Of a stretch of DNA of 64,000 nt, positions 1 through 13,217 are shown in pieces. Location of the stretch: the NCBI GenBank assembly GCA_964016885.1, contig OZ024746.1, forward strand, positions 41,168,001 through 41,232,000, in the 5' to 3' direction. Source of the DNA: Eledone cirrhosa. Taxonomy: Eukaryota. Every line of letters begins with the position of its first letter. The stretch's first letter is position 1. The position numbers and the translations under genes were made by a program. The notes under the pieces were generated by a model. The model had not been told where the DNA came from. It was given only the letters and a program-made list of their open reading frames with translations, and did not search any database.

Positions 1-127
1 TCTCTTCAGTTTCAACATTTCAACTATTTTTATATATTTCTATGTACAAACATTAACATGTATAAAGAAAGCGGTTGAAGTAGTGGGAAAATTTGAAATA
101 TGTGCATCCCAACATGAATGACCATAA

Positions 128-465
128 TAGTTGTTTCTACTTTTGGCACAAGGCCAGCAATTACCCCAGTGTATTATGGCAGTGAGGAAATTGAGCAGAA
201 GCCTGTCATATACCATATATACTTGAATATAAGCCAACTTGAATATATGTTGACTCAAATATAAGCTGACCCTACCCTATTTTATAAAATATATATAGTC
301 AAATAATTGTTTATACTTTTGGCACAAGGCCAGCAAATACCCAGTGTATTACTGGTACTTTATTTTATCGAGCCTGTAAGGATGAAAGGCAAAGTTAACC
401 GTGACCGGATTTGAACTCAGAATGTAAAGGGCAATAACCCTATGTTGTAAAGCATGGTGTCTGAT
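128..465 (-). mobile_element. tRNA-derived SINE (MetaSINE-type central domain) interrupted by a templated insertion
   Basis: Reverse complement has a GAGTTCAAATCC B-box, GCCTTTCATCCTTAC...TCGATAAAATAAAGTACCAG core and GCTGGCCTTGTGCCAAAAGT tail. The tail occurs twice (128-175 and 303-350). Confidence 0.8.
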
Positions 466-778
466 GATAATAGAAATATAATATGGAAATTAGAATGCTA
501 CATGCTATTAAGTGGACATGTGATTAAGGAGTTTGCTTTGCAGCCATATTGAGTGACATAGTTTTTGTTAGTTGAATGTAAATGATAAATATATAACATC
601 TCACCATTTAAGGTTTAGTCCACCTCGTGGTCCCAGTGAAAAGGTTTATTAAAATGTAAATTAATTGATGTTTATTAGCATAATAATTAAAAAATTATTA
701 ATGGTATGGACACATTTTTATCATTCATTAATTCTCAAATAATTTACTTAATTTTAAATTTGATGATCGTTGGTAATA

Positions 779-937
779 CAGTCAAATTCTGTTATAACGA
801 AATACATGGATTATAAAAAACGAAAATTCTTTATAACGAGATCGACTGACACAAATCGAGCGTTTGTTTCCTATTACTTCGGGGATGAAAAGAAATTTTG
901 TTATACTGAAAAATTCGTTATAATGGAATTTTACCTG
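779..937. mobile_element. Tigger/pogo-like MITE
   Basis: Imperfect TIRs CAGTCAAATTCTGTTATAACGAA / TTCGTTATAATGGAATTTTACCTG, flanked by TA on both sides. Confidence 0.7.
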
Positions 938-1379
938 TAATATTAAAATTTGTAGCAATATAAACTTACTCATCATTTAACATCCATTTTTCCCTGTTAG
1001 TAAGGGTTGAAATAAATATGTGTCATGATAAATTTACACACATCTATTATAGGGTGTGTGGATGTATTTGGCTCAGTATATGAATATGTATGTGTGTGTG
1101 TGTGAGTATGTGTATCATCATCATCTCTGTTTAATGTCTATTTTTCCATGCTAGCATGGGTCTTGTGAGAAATGCCAAGTCAGGTAACCATGTCTTGCTC
1201 ATACAGAACTGAGTTTGACTTGGTTTCTACAGTTGGATGCTCTTCCTAACACCAACCACATTTACAGTGAGTACTGGGTGCTTTTTGACATGACACCTAC
1301 ATGGTCGCTTTACTGTGTGGGCTGGGTGCTTTTTGTCATGATGCCATCATGACCACTTTACAGTCTGGGGGCTTCTCTA

Positions 1380-1560
1380 GAAGTGTGCTTCATTTCTCCC
1401 TTTTCTACTTTTCCCTCTTTTTTTTTTTTAAATCTTGCCTGTCTTCGGTGTTTCTCTCTCTTCTCTCTTTTACTATCTTCCAATGAAGGACTAGTGTCTG
1501 AAACGTTAATACTCCAACTATATGGAATTATATTGTTTTTCCTTGTAGACTTGCCTTATA
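1380..1560 (+). mobile_element. Penelope-like terminal remnant with degenerate hammerhead core
   Basis: CCAATGAAGGACTAGTGTCTGAAACG resembles CTGATGA-stemII-GAAAC. It lies in a pyrimidine-rich tract that ends in (TA)n. Confidence 0.35.
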
Positions 1561-1564
1561 GTAC

Positions 1565-1607
<43 letters not shown>

Positions 1608-2587
1608 ACATCTTCAAAACTAAATATATGTCAGCAGATAAGAATAATCAACCTCTACACCTTACAATATATGATAAACCCATACAAAAAGTTTCAGAAT
1701 TTGTCTATCTAGGTCATAAACTGTCAAGCATGAATGATGGTTCTATTGCAGTTCATCACAAAATAGGCTTTCGACAACAAGTGTTTCAGTTATTCAAACA
1801 ATGGAGTCTGCTCAGGAAATTGATGTGTATGTGGCTGAGCATTTCACTGGCACGTGCACCATTAATGTAATTTCCAGGGAGATTCAATGTGATATTGTGT
1901 GTGACAAGGCTTTAAATTAGAGGCGTGGTCCATCAGACAGGCTTTCTAATAATTTAGTCTATCTAATTTCAATCACAAGACACGGGTCAACCTGAGGCTA
2001 TAGTAAATTACCCTTGCCCAAGATGCCATGCTGTAGGATCAAAACTGTGGCCTAATGATTGAGAAGTAGGCATCTTAATCACTCAGCTAGAGGGAAATAT
2101 ATCAATCTAAAACATATATAAAGATTTAAATATACATTTTTGCTAGCTGAGTTAACTGTAGCAATATGAAAGAAAGTGTCTTGCTGAAGGACACAGATAG
2201 AAAGTGAGAGAGAGGAAGTGAGAAATAAATATAGAGGAAGAATCGACCCCAGGACTAGACTGGTACTTTTTTTTTATCGACCTCGAAAGGATGAAAAGCA
2301 AAGTTGACCTCGGCAGGATTTGAATTCCGAAAGCAGAGAGCCGGAACAAATACCATAAAGCATTCTATTTGACATTCTAACGATTCTGCCAATTCACCAC
2401 CTTATAAGTACAAAATTATGAAATGGAAAAAAGAAAAGATTACTGTAAATTGATAAAGATCTAGTACACCAAGAATGATTTCACAATGTTCCTGTTTAAA
2501 ACTTGATTGGAAACCTAAGCAGCAGTTAAGAATTACTAATAAAGTGTATGACCTAAGTTTGATTGGAACAGTTGTAACACTCTAGAT

Positions 2588-2870
2588 CAGCATTTCTCAA
2601 CCAGTTTTCTCTAGAACCCTAGGGTTGTACAAAAGGTTGCTAGGGGTTCCACAAGAAACAGTGATAAATAAGCTGATGCATTTTTTAATAAATTTTGTTT
2701 GATGTTGTATTCATAATTTTACTATACATGTATGGCATATTATCAGAAAATCCTTGATTATTGTAATAACGGCTTCAACCTCTTATATTATTTAAAACTA
2801 TATAATCATTTTTATTCAGGGGTTCCATGAAACATGGGTTCCACAAGGGTAAAAAGGTTGTGATATGCTG
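2588..2870. mobile_element. hAT (Charlie/MER5-like) MITE
   Basis: Ends are CAGCATTTCTCAACC and GGTTGTGATATGCTG, with internal GGGGTTCC motifs. The 8-bp flanks CTCTAGAT/CGCTAGAC resemble the NTCTAGAN target. Confidence 0.7.
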
Positions 2871-2966
2871 CGCTAGACACAACCACTAACATATTGTATT
2901 GGAAATCAATACCAAAACAATGAAGAAAAGGTATGTTAAAGCATGTATTAATTTGCCAACAACCAT

Positions 2967-3345
2967 ATCATCATCATCATCATCATCATCATTATTTTAC
3001 GTCCGCTTTTCCCTGCTTGCAAGGGTTGGACGGGTCCTATTCAGCACAGCATCTCTCCATCTATCACGGTCCTTCGTCATCTCCTCCGTGAGTTTCAGCG
3101 ATCTGAGGTCTGCTCTCACCACCTTTGCCCATGTTTTACGCGGTCTATCTCTACTGTGTCTTCCTTCTACTGGGATTTCTTGGCACTTCTTTACCCAGCG
3201 GTCATCCTCCATGCGCATCACATGTCCATATCATCTCAGCCTTCTCTCCTGCACACAACAACTTATCCCTCTTATACCCAGTTTCTTTCTCAACTCGTCT
3301 ATGCTTGGCCGTTCACGCACATTCACATTGCACATCCAATGGATG
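2967..3345 (-). mobile_element. RTE LINE 3' fragment
   Basis: Peptide MMRMEDDRWVKKCQEIPVEGRHSRDRPRKTW...DRDRWR, followed by a (GAT)n tail. Confidence 0.9.
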
Positions 3346-3634
3346 AATCAAACTTGTAGCTGCCATATAGCAGGTACTAATTGAGTTGTTTGAGGCAATC
3401 ACATAAGTTAAAAAGTGTGACACCAGGAAAAACGAAGAATGCAGTGGCTATGCTATGCCACAACAACGATAAATACAGTTCAAGGGAACGACAAAACAGA
3501 GATACAAAAAGTTTTATTAGTTTCATGCTTTATATGGAAAAAAGGAAAGAAAGTTTAACATATCTGGCTTTAGCCCTTCTTCAGGAATACAAAAAATAGG
3601 GACAGGATCACATAGAAGATAAATGTTTCAATAT

Positions 3635-4167
3635 TTTGTGGTCCACTGAGTCCATAGAAGACCAATTTGGTAATAATTATATAATTACTCTATAGTGAAA
3701 AACAGAAAAAAATTTATGTTGAAAATAACATACTATCTACTGCAAAGCATAGAGGTGTCAGTATCATGCTGTGGGTATGAACATGAACAAGTAAACAAAT
3801 ATCAGAATACTTTGGATTAATATCTCATTTTCTCTGACAGAAAACTCAGTATGAGGCATGACTGGATGTTTCAACATGACAATAATTTGAAACACACAGC
3901 ATGTGAGACTAAAAAAGTTGTTGGAGGAAAATTAGATTAATGTTACCAAGTGGCCTAGTCAGTCACCAGATCTCAATTGAGTTGAGAATTTATGGAAAGA
4001 TCTAAAAACTCAAGTTAGAAAGCACCAACTAAACGACATCACAAAATTAAAGAAGCAGAGAAGAATGGTCAAAAATACCAGCCAATCACTACGAGAAGTT
4101 TGTATCCTCATACAAAAAGTGTTTGGAGTCAGTGTTTACTAACAAAGGTCATGCAACTAAGTATTAA
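3635..4167 (+). pseudogene. Tc1-like transposase remnant
   Basis: Readable motifs WMFQHDNNLKH, KWPSQSPDLN*VENLW, EEWSKIP and NKGHATKY*, with stops and frameshifts. Confidence 0.85.
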
Positions 4168-4604
4168 CCTTTATAACACCAAGCTGGACAAAACTGCCTC
4201 TGGTTCTATGAAACAAAACCACACATTTTAAATGGTTTGCATTTAAATTAAAATTTTCCAGTATGGCCTATACACTTTTCCACAATTTCCTGTAGACAAA
4301 TTCCATCAACTCTTTCATTACCGTATTTCTAATGAAAGACACTACCAGTGTGTTTCAAATAATTTTGAAAGTAATTAATAATTTGGATGGATTTAGTAAT
4401 ATAACTAACTTTCTCATTATTATGATGGTGTTTTGAATGTAGATTAACAAATAATGTTATATAAAATTATTTTAGAAGATTTTTAGATAAATAAAAACAC
4501 CTCAATTCTTTTGATACCAACCCAAACAAACTTGGTTTTGGATCTATGAAACAAAACCACCCATCGTAAAGGGTTCCTATTTCAATTAAAATTTTCCAAC
4601 ATAA

Positions 4605-4890
4605 AGGGCAAGACTCCCCTCGGTCATGAATGACCATGGGATTTGCATCTAAAAAGTTCCCCTCTGAGACACAAGTTTGGGCAAGGTTGTTTGTGGAAGA
4701 CTAGCAGTCGGTCATGTATACCAACCTCCCCTCTCCATGCCACCGATGTTGTCCAAGGGAAAGGCAATGACTGATACAGCTTGGCAGCAGTGAAGTTGCA
4801 ACTCATTTCTACAGCTGTGCAAACAGGAGCAAAGTGAAATAAAGTGTCTTGCCCGAGGACACAATGCAAAGCCCGGTTCGAGAATCAAAT
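4605..4890 (-). mobile_element. tRNA-derived SINE family 2 (CORE-like), 5'-truncated
   Basis: Homologous to 6355-6698, including the TGTGTCCTCGGGCAAGACACTTTATTTCAC core. Confidence 0.75.
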
Positions 4891-5688
4891 TTTTTATAAC
4901 AATAGTTGAGCAGATCTATAATCAAACTTTTTAGGAATATGCAGAACCACACTATCTTACATGTTCTTTCTTTTTTTAAAGATGTAGTGTATGATGCAAG
5001 GAAAATTTGGTTGCTATTTCAAGCAGGCCACATAGAGGTGCTCTTCCTGATTCATCATTTTACTAGTAGTAGTTCACTAAGCTATTTTTACAATGCTTCT
5101 GTTACATTTGTAAATCCTCTTGAAACTGATTCTGAGCTGACTTGATGTAGACTTTCAGATTAAAAATACATAACAGTCTTTATGGATAACTTGATCTAAT
5201 CATTCATTAGATGTAAAGCTGACATCATTCTCCTGAAGTAAAAATGATCATTGTTAATACAACAATATTTAACCCCCGCCCCCCCATCAGCAAAAAAACA
5301 AAAACAAATAAAAAATAAAAATAAATATAACAACAAATAAAGAAACATACTTGTTACCATTTACTTTGACAATAATTCTTAGGTTTCCATTTAATCTCCA
5401 GTAGTTTAGTGACATTCCACACAAATATCTTAGTCTTTTTTTCTTTCTCTCTCTATTTTTATCTGTCTCTTCCTCTCTTTCAGCTTTATCCTGCTTTAGA
5501 AATTCCCCTGCTATAAGTGATTAGAAAATAAGCTCTCAAGTACCATTTCATATTTCGAAGACATTCTCTTCAAGTAAATTCAGTAGAAATATATATATAA
5601 TAACAGATTTGATTTCATCATTGCATCATTGATGGATATTATTCAACTATTGGTATTTATCTTTTGACAACTCTTTGCCAGTCCACAC

Positions 5689-5985
5689 CATCTGTCATCT
5701 GGCCACTTCATCTATCAAATGGCTATATCATCTGTCATCTAACCATTTCATCTGTCACTTTGTCATTTTTTCTGTCATCTAGCCACATCATTTGTAATCT
5801 AGCCATGTCATCTGTTATCTGGTCATTTTATCTGTTGTCTGGTCATTTCAACTGTCATCTAGCTATTTCATCTGTTATCTAGCCTTTTCATTTGTCACCT
5901 GGCTATTTCATTTGTCATCTAACCATTTCATCTGACATCTGTCCACATCATCTATCAGCTGGCTATTTCATCTGTTATCTGGCCA
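5689..5985. repeat. 20-bp minisatellite, ~15 degenerate copies
   Basis: Unit is approximately CATCTGTCATCTGGCCATTT. Confidence 0.85.
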
Positions 5986-6354
5986 TTATCAATTGATTAC
6001 ATAGCAAGCCTTTTCAGTGAAATTACAATTACTCATTCACAAGTATTCTTTTTCATAAACAGCTATACTTGCTTTCCAAGTTGTTACCGATTGTAACCAT
6101 CATCATTATTATCATCAGCATCATGTCCTCTGACCACTTTCCATTTTGGCATTTGTTTGACACAATCTGAGTCAGTTCTTATTCAGAAATTCTGTTCTCC
6201 TAGATGGGCCAGATAACCACATCATGTTCATACATTCTAAATTTCAGCATGATTTTAACATTTGGATGCCCTTCCTAATACCACTCAGTTTTGGATCTAT
6301 GAAACAAAACTGCCCATTGTAAAGAGTTCCTATTTCAATTAAAATTTTCTAGCA

Positions 6355-6698
6355 TAAAGGGTAAGACCCCTTTCGGTCACAAATGAACATGGGATTTGCA
6401 CCTAGAAAGTTCCCCTCCAAGACACAAGTCCGGGTAAGGTTGTTTGTAGAAGACCAGCAGTTGCCCATGTATACCAACCTCCCCTCTCCGTGCCACCGAT
6501 GATGTCCAATGGAAAGGCAATGATCGATACAGCTTGGCACCAGTTACATCGCAACTCATTTCTACAGCTGCGTGAACTGAAACAACGTGAAATAAAGTGC
6601 CTTGCTCAAGAACATAACGCAAAGCCTGGTTCAAGAATCGAACTCACAACCGCATGATTGTAAGCCTGACACTCTAACCCCTAATCCATGTGCCTTCA
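6355..6698 (-). mobile_element. tRNA-derived SINE family 2 (CORE-like), near full length
   Basis: A-box-like TGGATTAGGGGTTAG, B-box GAGTTCGATTC and core TTGAGCAAGGCACTTTATTTCAC. Confidence 0.8.
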
Positions 6699-6934
6699 CA
6701 TATATATATATAGTTTGTACTTACGATGGGGATTCAGTATAAGATTACCATTAAGAAAGATGCTGATGTTACATAAATCGTTTATTCATAATAATTATTT
6801 CAACGGTTCTCCTATGCAGTCCAAGATGTAATTCATGCATTTGTTTTTGTTATGAGAACGGTATCTTCTGATGAAATTCGATTTTGTGATATGCCACAGG
6901 CAGAAAAAAATATGGTCTTCTGTTTGTGCGCCCG

Positions 6935-8310
6935 GCATTGTCAACTACTACAAGGGTAAAGGAGATTCATTAGATAGAGGAAACTATAGAGGTATCAAGC
7001 TGATGGACCAAGTCATGAAATTAACAGAAAGAGTTATAGCACAATTGATTAGGGTAAATCTAGATGAGATCCAGTTCGGATTTGTGTCAGGCAAAAGCAC
7101 TACTGATGCTCTCTTCCTTGTGAGGCAGTTACAGGAAAAGTACCTAGTTAAAAGTAAGCCACTCTTTCTGGAGAAAGCTTTCAACATGGGCCATAATTTG
7201 GTGGGTTCTTAGAAAACTAAAAGTAGATGGCCTTTCTCAGTAAGGAGGAAAAGTATAGGTAGAAATTCCATCCTCTGCTCCAAATGCAAACTATGGGTGC
7301 ACAAGAGATAGTGGGATATCAGGAAGTTTAGCTAAGAATGTAGGCTTTGCATGTAGCAGCTGCACCAGGACAGTAAGCAGCAAACATAGAAAACAAGCAC
7401 TGCCAAATTCTGGAAGGGCTCAGTAGAAACAGTAGACATCTTCTGCTACTTAGGTGACTGAATTAGCAGCAGAGGTGGGTGTCCTGAAAGTACAGTAACC
7501 AGAGTAAGAATGGGATGGAAGAAATTCACAAAAGGCTTTTCCTCAAAATGAAAGGCAGACTGCATGATGTGTGCATTCAAACAGCAATGTTGCATGGTAG
7601 TGAGACCTGGCCTCTGTGTGCAGAATACTTGCGTAGATTGGAAATAAATAAAACTTGCATGCTCCGATGGATGTGTAATAGTAATATACGGGAATGGCAA
7701 AGTATAAATGAATTGAGAAAGAAATTAGGCATAAGAGGAATCAAATGCTGTGTGCAGGAGAGGAGATTATGTTGGTATGGACATTTGATGCGTATGAAGG
7801 ATGACAGCTGCATAAAAAGGTGTAGAGCGCTCAAAGTCAAATTGAAGCCTTGAAGTGGGGAAACCCAAGAAGACGTGGCATGATGTGATAAAAGCTGACT
7901 TTGCCTAATTGTATCTCCGAAAGGCGATGACACAGAACCGAGATCTCTCGTGATATGCAGTAATAGAGAAGACTCGACTTCCCACGGGCACAGGCCAAAG
8001 CTGAAGCATATATTCATTATGCCCCAACCCATACTCCCATACACCCCAATGACGACAGGCCAAAGTAAATGCATCCAGTGAAGCCCCCATCCCACACTGT
8101 AAAGTGGTTGTGATGGTGACACTGCAAAAAGTGCCCAGTCCACACTGTAAAGTGGTCGTGTAGGTGTCATGACAAAAGGTACCCAGTACTCACTGTAAAT
8201 GAAGCTGGTGTTAGGAAGACATGAGCAAGACATGGTCACCTAACTTAGCATTGCCCACAATAGGACAACTCATCTAACCCATGCTAGTGATGTTGATGAT
8301 GATGATGATT
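6935..8310 (+). mobile_element. Decayed, internally deleted RTE LINE
   Basis: NYRGIKLMDQVMK...QFGFVSGKSTTDA and AMLHGSETW...RRLCWYGH, then a 3'UTR and (GAT)n tail. Confidence 0.9.
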
Positions 8311-9302
8311 ATATGTATATACACACAAATACATACTGAGGATCCAGATTGATTATCAAACTGCACCGATATTTGGTGAAATGTATTCATGATTTGTGAA
8401 GGATACATATGAGGGAAATACATATGATTTTTTATCAGGCATCTATGTTTTAAATTTTTGTTAAATTTTAATATGATACTGTAATGAACTATCTATTCTT
8501 ACATTCTATACAGATTGTCTCTTGTTAAAGTTTGATATGTCCTATTGTACAATTATATCATTAGATATTTATGCATGTATATATGTCATTCACTATTTTG
8601 TAATGATTCAATGCTCAGATTTATTATTTTAATTTTTTCTTCGAGCTTATTTTGGGAGACAAGACAAATGTTTGAGATTATCTCAAACATGACATCCATA
8701 ACTTTGAATGTATCATCATCATTGTTTAACGTCTATCTTCCATGCTAGCATGCTGGTACCACAAAACATCCAGCCCACACTAAAAGCACCAAGCACACAC
8801 AGTAAATGTGGTTGGCTTTAGGAAGGGCATCCAGCCATAGAAACCCATCCAGAAACAGTCTCATATGAGCAAGACACGGTCACCCAACTCAACTTGCCTC
8901 AAATGGGACAAACCTGTCTAACCATGCTAGCGTGGAAAATAGACGTTAAATGATGATGATGATGATAATGATATACACACACACACACACACACATATAT
9001 ATACATATATATGTACAGTTCGCATTGTAATATGGTTGGCAATAGGAAGGGTATCCAGTCGTAGAAAGCAGGGCAAAATACAGATCTGTATAAGCAAGTT
9101 GTTGTCACCTGACCTGACTTGTCTCATAATGTCAAACCAATGCAAGTGTGGAAAAATAGATGTTAAATGATGATGATGAAGAGGAGGAGGAGGAGGAGGG
9201 GGAGGAGGAGGAGGAGGGAGATGATGATAATGATGATGATATCATTATTGAGGAAGTTAGAACTTCATCTGATTTTTTTGTTGCTATAGAAAAATATTGT
9301 AA

Positions 9303-9486
9303 ATAATTGTTTCTACTTTAGGCCAGCAATTACCCAGTGCATTACTGGTACTTTATTTTATCAACCCTGTAAGGATGAAAGGCAAAGTTAACCTCGGCGG
9401 GATTTGAACTCAGACTGTAAAGGGCCGTAACTATGCTAGAAAGCATGGCGTCCAATCCTCTACCGATACTGCCAATTCACTGCCCT
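9303..9486 (-). mobile_element. MetaSINE-type SINE
   Basis: Same family as 18667-18856. Confidence 0.85.
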
Positions 9487-10138
9487 TTGTAAATAATAGG
9501 GTATATAACCCCCCTTTAATGGAAAAAATTGACATTAGCACCTGTAGGACCTGAACCCACACATTCATGATTACCAGTACCAATGTCCATTTTTTTCCCC
9601 ATTAATATATGCTTTATTATTTACTCTATTTTTCTAGTTAAAAAAAAAAAGATGAAGCTTCTAACTTTCTCATAAATTTCAATTTCCACTCATTGGTTCT
9701 ATACAAATATTCGTTTATATATATTTATATACCTATACCTATATCTATCTATTTATTTATCTCTATACATAAACACACACACATACATGTATCTGTGTAT
9801 ATATCATACACTGTTCACTTTCCTGACATTTTTAGATTATTCTATATACTATACATGTACCTTTGATGAGTTGTAGTACACCTGAGCACTGTACACAATA
9901 ATTTTCATTATTATTATATAATCATCCTTACGGGGTCGATAAAATAAAGTACCAGTAATGCACTGGGTAATTGCTGGCCTTGTGCCAAAAGTAGAAACAA
10001 TTATTATATAATCATATATACATTTATTTGTATGTGTAAATGTCTCTGTCTGTGCATGTTTACTTGTATATCTGTATAAGCATATACTGTGCAATAGGTG
10101 TATATGTGTGTTTATGTGTGTATCTGTATGTATAATGT

Positions 10139-10181
<43 letters not shown>

Positions 10182-10254
10182 CTTGTGTTATAAAGGACAA
10201 AAATATTCACTAAATTTATATGTGGCTGTTCAGTAATGGTTGGCATTAATAAAA

Positions 10255-10642
10255 TAATAATAATAATGAAAATTATTGTGTACAGTACTCAGGTGCACTA
10301 CAACTCATCAAAGGTGCATGTATATTACTTAGAATAATTGTTTCTACTTTTGGCACAAGGCCAGCTATTACCCCAGCGCATTGCTGGTACTTTATTTTAT
10401 CGACCCCGTAAGGATGAAAGACAAAGTTAACCTCGACGGGATTTGAACTCACACCATGTCAGGAAAGTTAACTGTGTAAAACATGATATACACAGATACA
10501 TGCATGTGTGTATGTGTGTGTGGGGGAACATCAGGTGTAGTGTTGGCAAATTTCAAGAAGCATGGAAGTTTTGAAGGATGCAGTGTCCCGACAGTTAACA
10601 AACGATGCAGGTAGTTTGTTCCATGCTTCAGCAACTCTGAGC
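10255..10642 (-). mobile_element. CR1 LINE 3' end with a nested SINE fragment (~10335-10450)
   Basis: Homologous to 11810-12210 and ends in an (ATT)n tail. Confidence 0.75.
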
Positions 10643-11776
10643 AAAAGATATTAGAAAATGAAAATAAAAAAAATAAAAAAAATAGTTTACCCCTTATTTC
10701 TGATGAATTACACTGTAGTTTAATTAATTAATGAATAGTTGGATGGATTTATTAAAAGTATTAATTATTTCATTATTAAAATGGTATTTTGAAATATCAG
10801 GATTTACCAAAAAACTATTTCTCCCAGCCTGTGGCATTTGAGACGTTTAGAGGAGCTGGGTTGCTGACAATGAAATTTTTGTCATTATTGGTGGTTCACC
10901 TTACTGAGGTGTCTGGTGATGCCCATCAGGGTGCTTGGTTGTTCCAGTGACTTAGCCTCACTATCCCCCGTGATAAAGCTGCTAGTGTGTTGGCTTGTCA
11001 CAAAAAGTGTTAGAGAGAGGCTGCTAAATATACTTTCCTTGGTATTTATTCTTTTATCTAATTTCTACAATTAGGAAATAACAATGAATCAAATTATATT
11101 AGAAGGTTTTAATTTAGTTAGGAACCCTTTAACCCTTTAGCATTTAAATCGGCCATATCCAGCCAGAATTCTTTCACCTCTTTCTATTCAAACCAGCTGT
11201 AACTGGCCGCTCATACTGATGTTAAGATATTGTTTTCAAAATAAATAATATCAAAATCTCATAGATTCGATATTATGTGAGGTAACACCTTTACTGTGAA
11301 AATATAATAGTAAATATTGGGTTAAAAAGTAAAAAAAACAGTTTGTTTTGTTCCATAGAACCAGAGGTAGTTTGGGGTAGATAGGTATCAAAAGGGTTAA
11401 GGTATAAAGTGAGAAATAATGAGTATGAAGGGAATGAATTATGGGGTGCTATGATGAAATGACAGTTGGTAGTAATGGATCAATGATGGCGTTGAAGATA
11501 AAAATGACTAGCCCACTGTAATATTGCTGCTGTCTGGCTAGAACATACTTTGTACAGCAGTCATATATTCAAGGGAGATCAATGCGGTTGCTTTCGTGTG
11601 AACAAGATGGTCTCCTGCATTTCTGCAGGTTGCACAGATCTGCTTTTGCAGAACACTTTCGTATTTCATAGTATCACTTTCACACACACACACACGAGCA
11701 CACATTCATTTACTACACATACCCATACTAACACAGGTACACAGGGACATGTGTATACATAACAAACACACACTTT

Positions 11777-11809
<33 letters not shown>

Positions 11810-11824
<15 letters not shown>

Positions 11825-12635
11825 GAAATTATTGTGTACAGTGCTCAGGTGCACTACAACTCATCAAAGGTGCATGTATAGTACATAGAATAATGTACAA
11901 ATGTCAGGAAAATGAACAGTGTACGAGTCATGATATAATAACAATAACAATAATGAAATATTGTGTACAGTGCCCAGGTGAACCACAACTCATCAAAAAA
12001 GTGTATGTACAGTACATAGGGCAATGCACAAACATCAGTAAAATGAACAGTGCACGAGTCATGATACACACATGTGTGCATGTGCATGGAAGGGGTACAT
12101 CAGGTGTAGTTTTGGCGTATTTCGGGAAGCATGAGTGTCTTAAAGGATGCAGTGTCTCGGCAGCTAACAATTGACGCAGGCAGTTTGTTCCATGATTCAG
12201 CAACTCTGAGCGTGAAAAAATGTCTACGAAAGTCATGGGAGCTGTGCTGTTTTCTGATCTTGTAGGCATGTCCCCGTGTGTTAGACACATGGAGATCAAA
12301 GAGGCGCTCAGGGTTGCAATTGGCGAGATGGTTAAAAACTTTGTGGGTATTCACCAAGTCCATTGCCAGACGTCAGAGCTTCAATGAATCCATGCCCAGG
12401 GAAGCAAGGCGTTCAGAGTATGGTAGGTGTCTGATGGAGGGTATGCGCTTGGTTGCACGTCTCTGAACAGTTTCCAGGAGGTCAATGTTCTGAGCAAGAT
12501 AGGGGTTCCAGACTGATGATGCGAATTCCAAGTGTGGTCGTACCATAGCTGTATACAGTTTTAAATAGATGGCTGGAGAGCGGCTAACAAAGGTCTTGCT
12601 GAGTGATGCCAAGACACCCTCGGCCTTCTTGACAA
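11810..12635 (-). mobile_element. CR1-clade LINE 3' fragment with tandemly duplicated 3'UTR
   Basis: LYTAMVRPHLEFASSVWNPY...LETVQRRATK...TRGH...FFTLRV..WNKLP is the typical CR1 ORF2 C-terminus. Confidence 0.9.
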
Positions 12636-12659
12636 TATATAGGTAGGTATTCAAGATTG

Positions 12660-13190
12660 AATCATCATCATCATCATCATTATCAGGTTTAGCGTCCATG
12701 TTCCACGCTTGCATGGGTTTGGACGGGGGTTTTCCCACTTGAGGCAAGAGTGGTTGTCTTGCTCGCATAGGACTGTCTGGCGGGTTTTCTACAGTTGGAT
12801 GCCCTTCCTAACACCAACCACATTTACAGTGTGGGGCTGGGAGGTTTTTACCGTGTTGCCTACACGGCCACATTACTGCGTGGACTGTCTGGCGGGTTTT
12901 CTACAGCTGGATGCCCTTCCTAACACCAACCACATTTACAGTGTGGGGCTGGGAGGTTTTTACCGTGTTGCCTACACGGCCACATTTACAGCGTGGACTG
13001 TGTGTTTTTTTTGTCGTGACACCTACACGATCTCATTTGTTTCGGCCTGGATGTTGTGGGACCAACATAACTTTACATTGAAAGGGGCGGTGTGGATGGG
13101 GTGGAGGTGGTGGGACGGGGGTGTGTTTTGATAGAGATGCCTACTGACTGTAGTAGGTTTTTACTTTGTATTTAGAATATATATATATAT
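12660..13190 (-). mobile_element. RTE 3'UTR-derived non-coding retro-insert with an internal ~120-bp tandem duplication
   Basis: (GAT)n tail at 12662. Flanked by the direct repeat TATATAGGTAGGTATTCAAGATTG (~12636-12659 and ~13194-13217). Confidence 0.7.
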
Positions 13191-13217
13191 ATATATATAG
13201 GTAGGTATTCAAGATTG

